From: Hydrolagus colliei
Lineage: Eukaryota
Assembly (NCBI GenBank): GCA_035084275.1
Contig: CM068750.1
Location: forward strand, 10,726,001 to 10,790,000
Reading direction: 5' to 3'
Length of the DNA: 64,000 bases
The position numbers were made by a program, and so were the translations under genes. Numbering within the stretch: position 1 is the first letter of the stretch; the number at the start of each line of letters is the position of its first letter. This document shows positions 50,405-63,120 of this stretch, piece by piece. The notes under the pieces are model-generated. The model saw only the letters and a program-made list of their open reading frames with translations, ran no database searches and was not told the DNA's origin.

Positions 50405-50780
50405 TGTTATATCAATGTCCTTTCACCTTTGAGATCTGGAGCCAAGATATTTGGGATCATTGTTCGTTCTTTGATGGCTCTTGGGAATTGTAACTGAAAG
50501 AGATCGGGCAGTCTTAACTCAGTTTTCAGTGGATATAAATCCTCAGCAACCAAAATCCCCACGATCTGGCAGTTATTGCAACTAATTGGGTGGATAATCT
50601 TACCCAGCATTCTAACAGGATATTTTTGTTTATAGAAACTGGAATATAAGGGAATGCAGTAAGCAATACTGTGTTGAGTTTGGGGAGGTACATATTTGGA
50701 CACACAGACACATCAAATATCCCTATCATTCCAACACATCCATGAATTTGTATTTCTGAAATTAAGAGGATTGGTATCTT
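50405..50780 (-). mobile_element. Degenerate CR1 ORF2 fragment
   Basis: Minus-strand ORF has RMLG, LYPLKTELRLPDL and TMIP in the order of CR1 ANRMLG...LYKxLVRPHLEY...RMIP. Confidence 0.45.
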
Positions 50781-53039
50781 GGGAAACAATGTAGGAATAG
50801 AGAAACTAAGTTAAAATGATGGAATGTAAAGCTGTTATTAGAAAAACTGAGATATACAACTTAATGGCACCTGCATTTATTAGATTCATTTAACACGACA
50901 AGTATTACTCTAGGAACTCCATAATCTGATTATTATGCAAGAATGCACAGACATTTGGGACCTTGACAAAGCAATACATGTCTGCCCCGTGATTTAATTA
51001 GCTATGTGTTGCTTCTATCTAAATCATATTTTTGCATGCATATAATTGAATCGTAATAGCGACAACTTTAATCAGTATTTACTAAAATACATATATACAT
51101 TTCTTCTCATGTGTGGATGAGATGTATGATCACTCAGTCTTGACTTTTGAATATAATTTTATTAGCTTTTTTATAGTGTGCTTAAAGTATACACATTTAG
51201 GATCATACATGTAGACCCATATGACTAGTTAAACAAATGATATTTCCAACTAAAACAAATTACATTTGTTCATTCAAACTTCTCAATAATATCATGTCAT
51301 CTTCTGACTACACCATAAGTACTAATACTCGTGCTTGCTCTATTATAACTTAATTCAGGTACTGCTGCAGTAATTTTGAGACACGCATTTGCAATCACAG
51401 TCACATGATAGTGAAAGAAATTCCAGCAGTATTTACATGTATACATGAACGTAACAAATAATAATGATTTATGCCAAGATGCCATGTATTTGGAGTGGGT
51501 ATATCACAGGGATCAACTCGCTGACTTTCAAGACAATACATATTGAGGATAAGTACTAACGCAGTATATAACATATTTTATTAGTAGAACAAGTTATTGT
51601 TAAGAAAACTTATTTTTCTTTGAGGGCATTTCCCCTTTTATTTTTCGCTCTGGTCTTCTGACAGGCCATAGTAACCTTCACATGCAGAATTCTGTTTTGG
51701 GTTACTGGTAGATGAAAGATGATTTTGTCTCTGTTACCCGCTTCCTCCACCACCTCTCCCAACTGCCCCCCCCCCCCCCACCCACACACACACACACACA
51801 CCCCTCCCCCCTCCGTGGGAAAGTGTCTGGCTTTTGTTGAGGCCCTCCCAGAACAGCTGAGATTGGGAAGGCATCAACATGTAGGGTCAAGCTTTGTCCC
51901 AATGTTGCGGTGGTCTTGTCCATTGGTATATGTACCTGTTTTATTATCAGGAATAGACTTACACAATTATAATCGTCTCCAGTGTTGAGTGGAGTTCAGT
52001 ACCCAGGCGTTCGGGTAATTGAGGTACAATGTTTTCCGAAACATTGTTGACAGCTTTAAATAATAAACGGAGGAACAAAAATCAGGAAGGTTCAGTCAGT
52101 TAGGTCAATGGATTTGTTGCATATTTGTAATTTTGATTATAGTCTTAAATGAAATAAACAATTCCTAATATTTATATAGAGCATGATAAATAAAGAATAT
52201 ACCGTATGCACATTCTCATTCATATACATTCACATAGTTCGACAGACATAATGTATTTAATTCGCGAATGTAATTACTGTATTTAATTTGTTCAATAATA
52301 TCATATCTGCCTTGTATCAGCTTCATATTCATTCATACTTTCCGGCTGCTTTCGGTACCAGCTGGAGTGATATGTAACAGACCGCTTCCTGACAAGATTC
52401 CAAAACTGTCATTAGAGGGGTATGCTTGAGTGCACTCTCTTCCCCAACTCCCCATCCTCCACTTTACATCCCAACCCGTCTTGCTCAAAATTCGGTGGTG
52501 TCAAGTTTCGCGTGTTTCTTTCGGTCTGGGATGTGTCATTCATTAGAATGGAAAACAACAAGTTTTTTTTGTTTAAAAATGTAACCCCCTCAATAATAAA
52601 TATAGATCATAAGTGCAAACTAGGTTTGAAATTAGTGTCACTTTTGCTTAATCCTAAGTGTTGCCCCTGACATTGCATCAATGTTGACAGCTCTGATTTC
52701 CTATGTTTCTTATGGAAATAGGTACTTCCCAATCCGGTAATAGAGTTCCTAGATTTTTTTTTATTCTCAGCTGTTACCACTATCTTTGAAAGGTGGCAAG
52801 GATATACTCTTGCCCAGTATACCAACATGATCTCTCCCAATCTGAACTAGTTCCGTATACATTAATACGACTTCAGAGCTGTCAACCTCAAGGAAGTGTT
52901 CAAGAGAGAGATTCTTGATCCAGAAAAGTGAGGACGATTGCAAACCTGTTTGAACATTTGAAGCTTGTTTTTTTTTCGCAAATATATAACAAAATGTATT
53001 CTGGGTGATTTTCTTACAAATTACTAATTGAAACTCAGG

Positions 53040-53310
53040 TGGAGAGGCATGAATAATGGAGTTCAATATTTGTGTTTTGTGGAAGACAATTATTTTCCAG
53101 AACCAGTGGAAGAGCCCACTGAAAGGCTATCAAGCGGTTCAGGTGGGTACGAGTTGTTGCATTTGGTTTCGATAAATGAATTATCTGAAAAACTATTCCA
53201 TTTATTGTTATTGATTATAAACAGGCTTTCACGCTCCTCAGTAACTGGAGCAAAGCGGAACACCGTGGAAGAGGGGAATTGTCTCAGTAGCCGCTGGAAA
53301 CAATTCAATT
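53040..53310 (+). mobile_element. Degenerate CR1 ORF2 endonuclease-region fragment
   Basis: LCFVEDNYFPEPVEEPTER resembles CR1 FLECxxDNFLxQxVEEPTR. Confidence 0.5.
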
Positions 53311-53828
53311 GATATAACTTTTAAATTTGTTTTTAATTTCAGAATTTCGCCAAGAGCCATTCTCACTGGATGTTAATCAAAGCATGGCTAAACCATTAAT
53401 AGGTGTGATCAGACAACAGGCACAACCCAACTGATTTTTATTCCTATTTAATTTCTGGGCGCATGTGGGATTTTATCAGTGAACGAGGAAATCTGCTCCA
53501 GCTATTGCTAATTATCACATGATTTCCCTCACCACAACTGATAATTCTGGCCTTTCTGTTTTTAAAAAAAGAAAATATAGTTTTTTTTTCCATTTTCCAT
53601 CTGATTTCTCCCTTACCTTCCCATCCAGGAAACCAAGATTTATGGCGTGGAATTCCTCAGTCAAGGGTTTTTTCGGTACATTCTCTGAATAACTTTTCTT
53701 CATATTTGAGCCAAATAGATTGAACATTGCTAGACGATTCGACCACAACGCCGTGACACCCAATCTCGTCTTCTTCTCCTTGGCTTCTCATATGTGTTTT
53801 CTTGAAGGAGACAAAAATGATAAAGTTA

Positions 53829-54125
53829 AGCTCAGTGGTTAGAGTCTCGCCTCGCAAGCGAGAGACCTGGGTTCGATTTCCCGCAGGTCGAGTTTCCTTA
53901 TTCTACACGCCTGAAAATAATCCTGCGAGAGTAAAAAAAGAAAATAAGAATCATTTGGTCACTCACTCAAATCACGGACTGTTTGTGGGACACCGCTGTA
54001 CGCAAGTGACATCAGCGATTTGCCCACAAATATACAGTCAATTCAATTTACAGTATATTCTGTGAAGCGCTCCGAGACGTCTCGAAGACACGATAAGGCG
54101 TTATATCAAATGCAAGGATTGTTAT
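53829..54125 (+). mobile_element. Near full-length tRNA-derived SINE
   Basis: agctcagtggttagagtctcgcctcgcaagcgagagacctgggttcgatttccc...tgtgaagcgctccgagacgtctcgaagacacgataaggcgttatatcaaatgcaaggatt. Confidence 0.92.
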
Positions 54126-57004
54126 AACTATTATATGATAATAATAATAATTATTATTTCATTTGATAATCAGGATCGCACACCTTGCCCAGTGTTGGCT
54201 TGTAGGGTTCACTACTGACCCGGGTTGAGCTTCGATCACCAGTAAAGGGGAGATTAGTAATAATATATATTTTTAACATTATTGGTACACTGTCTTATAC
54301 TTGGGTGAGGATTGGTTGCTGGGGTCTCGATCAGAGCCAATAGCGATTATAGAGTAAATAGAAATGCCTGGATTGTCATTTTGCACCCTCTCTGTAAAAG
54401 AGGGATGGGTCACAGAGAGAGAGATGGTGGGTAGGGGTGGGTGGGGGTAAGATGATGTGTTGGGAATTGTTTTGGACACAAACTAACCTTTGCTAATGAT
54501 GACTTTAGATTTAGTTGGGCAGCTGTTTGGGTTAAAGGGGTACAGTATTGTGAAGTGTGCACGTAGGTAAGGTAAATCTAAAACTTTAATGGAGACGAGG
54601 GTGGGGGTGTGTGTGTAGAAGGAGCTGAATTCCTGGAACATCCCCCCCCACCCCCCACCCCCTTTATTCCCAGGTCAGATAGAGGGTCAGCTGAAGGTAT
54701 GGAATCTCTCATTACAGAATGCTGCCCTCGCAGATAAAGGAACGACCATGAAGTTAATGGTTGGAAAGCCATGTATTGTTTTGCGCCCAAACTGGTGACT
54801 GTGTGGACTGAGGGCAACTGAGGGCGGTGTGGACACATTACCAGGACCTAGTTCACTGGCACCACCGCGCTGGTAAGTACCCCCTTGACACGTTCTCACC
54901 TGTGGTTGGACTTTGCTTGACTTGGCTTGTAACAAGTCCAACACCCTCTTTCCATCTTCCAGCGGCACTGCTCCAATCGATTTCCATTTCATTTGTTTTC
55001 TCCCATACACGCCAATCGCAAGAGCAGCAATCCACCTTGGATAGTAAAATGCTGTACTGTTAGAAGGCAATCCATTCACCAACAGATGCAATTAAACAGC
55101 AGGGTTTTTTTTTACCTTTGCATTATGTGGAGAGTATTTTTTTGTACCAGAGTGAGCTAAAGCAGGAAGTCGGTAACCACAGACAAAGCTTCTAGGATCA
55201 TATCCATCCTCCACACACACACACATACACATACATACCCACATACAACTCTGGACGAAAACTTTTATCCAGTGAAAATGAGGTCAATTGGGTGAATCGC
55301 TCTTCGAGATTGAGGGCTTTCAACATTGAAATATTATCACTGACCTCTTCTCTTAAGCGCATCCAGTAGATTAAAAAAAATATATATTGGAACAACACAT
55401 CGATGTTTTCTTTTGCTGTGTAACCCTAAACTGGCTTACATTCTTGCTTGCAAACTATGCAAGATGTACTAATAATGCATTCAACCCCAGACACGTTGAC
55501 ATTAATATTTCCGTTTAGCTACAACTGGTTTCACTGTAAACAATAAGGTACATGTACTGTGCAATTTTTGCCAATGTGACCATAACATAAAAATGAGTTT
55601 CCAATCTAAACAATTTAAACACAAACTATGCACGGAGCAGAATTCCCTGGTTATCTACACGTGTGGTCATTGCCACCAATACATTTATTTACCACCGTAA
55701 TTTTTTTGGTGGGTCAGCTGGGTTTCTAACTCATGCAGAAACCCCTCTCTGTGCTTCAGTCAATCGAAACCAAACTTAGAGTTTCATGCATCTCATCTAT
55801 ACATAGAAATTCCAGAGATGATGTTTAATGGTATGGAATGTGCATTCGCTTGGGAGCTTGGAATACTGCTCACCTAATTCTGGAAAGAATCAGGCACAGG
55901 TGAGCAAGAGGCCAGCCTTATGGATTCCAGTGTGTGCATTGGATATTGATGTGATCCTTAGTTCCTGACATGTGCATCACTGCTGTTTGTGTAAATAACT
56001 ATGCCAATATATGTAAAAAGATGCATTGTATTAACAACAACACAATTACATTTATATAGCGCCTTTCAATTTACTTCTGCAATATTGTGAGCAAAGAGTT
56101 CAAGCACTACCAATATAAACTATTTTAAATTCTAAAATGTAATTCCAACAGCAAATGCCAAATATACTTTCCAGTACGAAACGTTATAAGCTTCAAAAGA
56201 ATATTGCTCATAAGCAATGCAGTTAAGGATCCTGAGAAGGAAGACTTGAGTTTTCATTAAAATTAATTGCAATTATATTATAGCCAATATTAGATGTGGA
56301 CGTTATAGTATTCATGTGTATCAGTAAAGTAAATCCAATACCACTTTAGGCCTAATCACATTGCAGAGAATTGACAGCTAACCATCCTTTGCTGTCCACT
56401 GTGAACCCTTCTGGCAAATCAAAACAATGAGTTAAAAGCAGAAATAGTAAACAAAAACTGTATTTCTGTCTATTATGACAATAACATGCTTTGTACTATT
56501 TTGCAAGAGGTAATGAATCTTGTGATTCAGGTGACATTAATAAATTGACCAAGTTTCTCTTTTGTGATTCATGACTGTTCCTTAAAATAAGATGGGCTGT
56601 AATACATAACATGTATCCCGATCAAATGTGAATTAATATGAGTACTAAACTGAGATTTATCTGAAAGCAAGATGATTGGAAGACAGGTGACTGTTGTGAT
56701 ACTTTTAAAAAATAGATTTAAAGTATTCCTGCTGCATTATGAAGGATTTAAAGCTTACCTACTGCATGTTTTCTCAACCACTGGTCCATAATGAAAATAC
56801 GAGGAGACCCTGCATAAAATACACTGCCAAAATCCCACAATCCTTCAAAGGTAAAATGACAGCATTGTAAGTGAAGCATATGGATCAGCACTTTTCTAGA
56901 ATTATGGCAAATACATCGATTCTGAGTCGACACTCAATGCTGGTTTTTCACACTGCTTTTTGTGTATATGATAAACATTTTTTTTAGAGAGAAAGGGCAT
57001 AATA

Positions 57005-57168
57005 TAATAATTTGGTCACTCAATCCATGACTGTTTGTGAGACACTGCTGCCACGTTTCGCCCACAAATATAGTCAATTCACAATACAGTATATTCTGTG
57101 AAGTGATTTGAGACGTCTAGAAAACATGAAAAGTGCTATATCGAATGCAAGGATTATTAGTATTATTA
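57005..57168 (+). mobile_element. 5'-truncated, internally deleted SINE copy
   Basis: tttggtcactcaatccatgactgtttgtgagacactgctgccacgtttcgcccacaaat...gcaaggattatt. Confidence 0.88.
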
Positions 57169-59274
57169 TAAAGTTCTAATTTCTTATATTTTAAATATTG
57201 AAATAATATAAATTTATAAAGCAAATTGAGAAAATAACAGATATACTGTTTCAGATATTTATGACAATCTGTTTAATTCTATCGGAAGAAGATAAAATAA
57301 AATTGTGAATTTTGTGTAAAATAAATTGTGAATTTTTAACTTAATTTGCATGGTAAAGCGATTTATTGGTTTCCGGAATTCTGCAGTGTGGGTGCCTTCT
57401 TTAGGGGGAAAAAGAGGTACAACATCAAAGATTTTGATCTGACAGGAAAATTACATTTCCACCATTACAAAGGGGTAATCAGCAGGAAAAAAAACCTGGT
57501 CACAATCACAGTTTGACATGGTCTGTCAAATGCGGAAAAAACACACTTATGCTCATCTGCCTGAGGATGCCACAGACATCAATCTTGCGGATTGACAATT
57601 AAAGTACATCATATCATTTCTGGTAACCAACATAAAATGTCCTGTTCATTTTCCAAATGTCCCTGTCAACATTTTGAAGACTTGAACAATGGCTTGTCGG
57701 CAACAAAAATCTTAAACTAACAACTAATCAATGTGGCTGATATATTTACAGAAATTTTAAGCATAAAAATCAACATTATTGTATCTCTCTAAATACTGTT
57801 CTTTGTGATCCCATGGTTATGCTGTTCCTTAGTATAATCATCACAAATCTATTTAATTTGATTAAATAAGTCAAGCATCTGTTATTACTTTCATTTTAAA
57901 CAGTTCACCTAATGTCATATAACAGCTAAGTAATTCATTCATCCCTGGTGTCATGCTGTTTAAAGAATAGTATTTTAAATGCAAAGATAAAATGTTGGCT
58001 ATTTACTTTTCTGCACTAAGAGTTTGCCATGTAGACACTTCTGCTCACTCACTGACCTGTAAAATCTCAGGTGGTGATCAGGATATGATAGTTAAAGTTT
58101 TATTTTAATACATTCATGTTATATTCACAGGCTTTAAGTAATTTGTTAAACACCTGTCTATTTTGTGGGAAATTTTAACATGCCACATGAATCCGCAGGA
58201 ACTCAGAGGGATTTTCTCACAGTGCATCAGCAATTCACTGTAAAACCAAATGTTGTAAAATTAATCACTGCACAATTACAGAAATATCAACTGTATTACA
58301 ACTCACCACAGATGAAAGCTGCCATTCAAATGTTGATAAGCAAAACTGCAAAATAATTATTAATACAAAGCTTAAAGTAAGAAATGTGTCATTTAAACAT
58401 TTTGAAAATACAGCACTTCTAAAATACATAATGCTAAGGAAAACTAGGTGGAGATTCTTCACCCTTTCTCAGTGAACCACAAAGAATGAAGATGTGTATG
58501 ATTTTTGCAAGAGTGGAATGGGTTGTCTATCAGTTGTGTATTGGCGACAGTCTGTCTGCAGACCGTAAGATGATCTCCACAGCTTCAGAGGAAAGCAGGC
58601 AGGATTCCGGGCTTGCGAGCATAGATATTGATCTACCTCAGGCATCCAAACAATGCCTCACCTGTTTGCCTTGTTCGTATTTTATTTTATGCAGCCTAAT
58701 GCGTGTTTTGTTTAGCTTTTCTTTTATTTATGTGGATCTGAGGTTTGATACACTTTGGGAGTGTATAAACAGTGTTGTACTTGAACACCACCATACTTTC
58801 AAGCCCCTTGGTGGTTCTAGACCACCCCCTCCTTGTAGATACATATACTGTGATACCAGATTAAATGAACAGCTAAAAAAAGTTCATAAAGTGGATGTTA
58901 AATTAGAAAGGCTATGCACAACATACTAATAAATTGTGCACTGTGACTTTTGACTAATATTTAAAATCTTCACCTTTTCATTTTTTCATTTTTTAAACTG
59001 AAATTAACTCCTCTTTGGTTTTTAAATAAACATTTGAAAGTCTATTGTCATGGTGGTGGTAACACAACTTTTATAAACTGCATAGACAAATGTATCTGAC
59101 ATGTAGGAAACACAATTATTATTTGAAATCTGTTTATTTCAGAATTCTAAAATGATAGAAACTGTTAAATAGGTTAAAATAATAATTGTGAAGCTATTCT
59201 TTGCACCTAACATTTGATATTTTTCTGTTGGTTTAAAGGATTTTTTTTGATGGAATTACTATTTATCCTGACCC

Positions 59275-59350
59275 CTTACTGTTCAGCGCCTTAGGATGTC
59301 CGAACTCTGTGAAAGGTGCTCTACAAATGTAATTTTGTTGCTGTTGTTGT
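59275..59350 (+). mobile_element. L2-type 3' tail
   Basis: ctgttcagcgccttaggatgtcc...gtgaaaggtgctctacaaatgtaattttgttgctgttgttg. Confidence 0.75.
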
Positions 59351-59689
59351 ATTTCTAAAGATTTGTTTCGCTTTTAGGTAAATTCAGTGCTCAGATTCTG
59401 TAGTAAGGGAAATGTTTGATAACATATTATGTTGTACACTACTATAAGAAACAAAATTTTGGAAGTTCCTACATTGTTGGCATAATCTATGAACAGGATT
59501 GCTAACTCTAATTTGAATGTATACATAAAGATGGAGAGCTAGCAGGAAGATTTCAGTATGCAAATTGATAAATATTTCTCCAGTGAGAACAGGAATATCA
59601 GTTAGAGAATATTGTGGCCTATGTCTGATACAATGTCCCTGCTGTCAATGATAAAAAATACGTAAATACGCCAGCATCTTCACACCTCA

Positions 59690-60484
59690 GGCACTGGCAG
59701 CATCAACCTCCATGGTTGCACACTCCATCTCACCAAGCCAGTCAGGAACCTAGGTATTCTTATTCGATCCTCAACTATCTTTCCAGCCCTATATGCAAGC
59801 CATGACCCACTCTGCCTTGCTTCACTTCCGCAATATTACCTGACTCCACCTTTACCTCACCCCTCAGGTTGTTGAAACCCTCATTCATGTCTTCATTATA
59901 TCCATGCTCGACTACCTCAACGCTCTGCTTGTCGGCCTTCCAATTCCTCCCTCCACAGGCTGCAGATAATCCAGAACTCTGCAGCCCATGTCCTCTTACA
60001 GCTCCACCCCATCTCTCCCATTCTCACCTGACTCCATTGGCTTCCCAGCACCCAGAGGATTTAATTCAAGATCCTGGTCCTCACTTTCAAAGCCTTCCAA
60101 GGCCTCGCCCCACCCTACCTCGGGGAACCTCCTAACCCCCTACCAACCTGCTCACTCCCTCCACTCAGCAGGCTCCGGCCTGCTCCATGTCCCCCTACCC
60201 ACCGGCCCCAGCATTGGCAAGCAAGCCTTTAGCCACTCTGCCCCCAACCTCTGGAATTCCATTCTGCAGTCCCTCCGCCTCACACCATCCCTAGCCTCCT
60301 TCAAGTCACGCCTTGAAACCCTCCTCTTGAATGGTCCCATCGGTCATTCCAAATCCCCTCCTCTCCCTCCACCTTTCCCGATCCCTAGCCCAGCTCAGGT
60401 CTGAAACATTGACTGTCCAGTGAAGTTCCCCCCAACATGAAAGGCGCTATACAAATGTAACTTTATTGTTGTTCTTGTTGTTGA
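59690..60484 (+). mobile_element. 5'-truncated L2 LINE (ORF2 C-terminus, 3'UTR, (TTG)n tail), with stops and frameshifts
   Basis: VRNLG (59741), FDPQLSF, HFRNI, ETLIHVFIISMLDY, LHWLP, FKILVLTFKA, APPYL, GKQAFSHSAPNLWNS, FKSRLETLL. Tail gaaaggcgctatacaaatgtaac...ttgttg. Confidence 0.93.
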
Positions 60485-60675
60485 ACATAAGAAAATCTCC
60501 TTGTGTGTGTGTTTATATATATATGTGTCTGACCATACAAAGTCAATGAAGCAAAAAAATGTCGGTTCATTGACCCATCTCTTAAATTCAAGCCTGGCTT
60601 CTCAACAACAACAATTTGAATTTATGTAGTATTTATTCTTCACGGTAAAAAGCATCTCAGCGTGCTCCACAATTG

Positions 60676-60880
60676 CAAGGTACGACTGCCCATTGTCACC
60701 CACCCTATTCAATGTATTTATCAATGACGTGTTGAATGGCATTGATGGGGATGGACTTAATGTATTTGTTCCAGGCCTCTCTGACAGGATTGTGGAATTT
60801 CTGTTCATGTAGGATATTGTGCTACCGGTAGACTCGCTTTGGGACCTTTTGAGCTGCAGTGAACATCTTGGACACATAGT
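60676..60880 (+). mobile_element. Non-LTR reverse transcriptase core fragment (pseudogenised)
   Basis: From 60687: CPLSPTLFNVFINDVLNGIDGDGLNVFVPGLSDRIVEFLFM*DIVL. This is the QGxxLSPxLFN motif and a decayed LFADDIVL (TAG at 60810). Confidence 0.8.
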
Positions 60881-61419
60881 GGGACATCATGATGGGTTCC
60901 CCAAAGGGTAGAATCATTCTATATTGGCTCAAGAGAAGACATTGAGGGTATTGATTGGAAGATACTAGGAGCATCAATCCCAATTGTTGATTCTTATTGG
61001 TATCTTGGAGGTTTTGGTAGACACCAACTATTGCTTGGACACTGTCCTGAAGGACTGTACAGAGATTGGGTGAAAGGCACTACGGTCATGCTCGTCTCAC
61101 TTGAAGAACAGCCAGGTTCCAATATAGGCCAAGCTTGTTGTACATAAGACCTATATGCAAACAGTTCTCCTTTATGGATCTGAGTGGAGGGGTTTCCCCA
61201 GTTCATTCACAATTTATAGGATCAAAGCAGTGAGGTGTATTTGTGGCGAACACTGGAAGCAGTGTCAGGGAGGGAGGACTCTGGCCTACATTGAGCACCC
61301 TGGAGGTAACAATCTTTTTTAATCATGGGGATTGTTCACTAGGACAAACTAAAAAATTTCAGTCTTGAGATAATAATTTTCTGACAGAGGTGAGAGAGCT
61401 ACCAGCTGAGACAAACCCT

Positions 61420-61700
61420 CCAGAAACTATGCCTAATCATAATGTTACCCAGGGTGACTACCATTCCTAAAGGAACCTGTTACTATAATAAATCTTTGTG
61501 CCAGGTCTTTCACGCTTTGTCCCACTGTGTAAAATTACCTCCTCCTCTTTGCTTTATTAATGCAGCGAATATTGACCCCACCCAAGATTTCTTAAGCCTT
61601 AAGGAACTCTTACCGCTTGAGATGTGGCTCTTTAGAAATACTTTAAGCAGCTTAAATGCAGATTTTAAAGTATTTGACAGGATTTTGAACTCCTTTCACA
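61420..61700 (+). mobile_element. Possible L1/Tx1-type RT remnant
   Basis: VTTIPKG and SSLNADFKVFDRIL resemble ITLIPK...ISLLNxDYKIxxKIL. The spacing is atypical. Confidence 0.35.
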
Positions 61701-62750
61701 TTCCATGAGACTAACTTAGTACAGAAATTAGATCACTGAACTACATTTTAAAATCTTGATAACGCTATCATCTTCTCCTTATTTCCCTCTCGGTCTATTT
61801 ATTTTCAGCCTTCGGATATGTCTGTTGCCTCTTTCCAGACAGAGCAGAAGGAGCCACCAAAAATCCAAATTCAGGCATATTAGTAAGGATAATCAAAGCT
61901 TACACCTACCAGAATCCTTCCCTCCAGCCAAGATTTAATTGCTCCACTACAGTGATTTGTTCTCTCCATAGAGGAGACTGTGGGGGAGAACTTTAACAAA
62001 AAGACAACTTTTCAGCAAATTACTGGGAAATACAAATTCTGACGAAGCAATCAGCACAGTTACAATTGGTCGAGATTAACTCCTGGAGAGGTCTGCATTG
62101 CTTTTCTTCATCCAATTCATGTGCCCAAAATTACAGTTTGCTGCCGCGTTTATGCAATTCAAAACCAATGACTGAATTGAAATACACTACTGAACAATAA
62201 AATACAAAATACGTAAAGCGTGAACCATTGCATTTTTATTGCAAGATGTCAGGGATCTAAAGTCTTTCATGTGAACTATGGCAGGATTTTAAAAGCTTTG
62301 CTTTTATTACATTTTTCACAATTTAGATGATGGAAACAATGGTGAAATATATGCATTGAAGATGATTATGACAAATACAGATGCAAATACAGATAAATAA
62401 GATAAAATTTTCCAAGATAAATAAGATAGAGAGGTCTTCCATCAGCAAGAGGTCAGTCAGTCAGAGGTCCCATAGAGTTGTTACAATTGAAATTGAAGAA
62501 TCCTCTCAATCCAAGGTGAGAAGGAAACTAATCCGTGGCAACTCTCAGGAGTCAGGACCCACTTGTGTGACTTACAATTAATATCAGTCAAATGGTTTAT
62601 TGGCAAGGGTATAAAATTTAATATTCCTCACTTGGCAAAATATTTGAGTTTTTAATAATATTAGGTTTTATTTTAACATTTTACCAAATCAAAAAGTGTC
62701 TATCACAAGTTTCTTGCCACTTGTAGATTTTTAACTACTTTATCTTTGTG

Positions 62751-62835
62751 AATGATGATAATAATCCTTTCACTTGAATCTTATTATATCATTGAGATAT
62801 CTCAAAGCACTTCACAGGATTTTACTGCAAAAGTG
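62751..62835 (-). mobile_element. SINE 3' tail fragment
   Basis: ataataatcctttcacttga...gagatatctcaaagcacttcacagga...actgcaaaagtg. Confidence 0.75.
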
Positions 62836-62859
62836 TTCTGATTCTGCATATCACTAATA

Positions 62860-63120
62860 TAGAGGTATGGATGCAGATCTGCCCTTTGGCCAATTTCATC
62901 TCAACCATCCCAAATAACCTATCCACTCTTCATGAGTACATTAACATCATAACAATTTCAGAAAAGACCTAAACGTTGATCTATGTTACTACTCATCATA
63001 TTCACAGCATCAACCTGTTTTTTTTAAATGACCCCAGCATATTAGCCTCAACCACCCTTAATGGTAACCTGTTCAGATCATTAATTAGCCTTTGGAGAAC
63101 TAAATACTTCTGGGGATTGC
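62860..63120 (-). mobile_element. CR1 LINE 3' fragment
   Basis: LQRLINDLNRLPLRVVEANMLGSFKK matches the CR1 ORF2 end (xQRVVxxWNxLPxxVVEAxxxxxFKxxLD). Confidence 0.8.
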
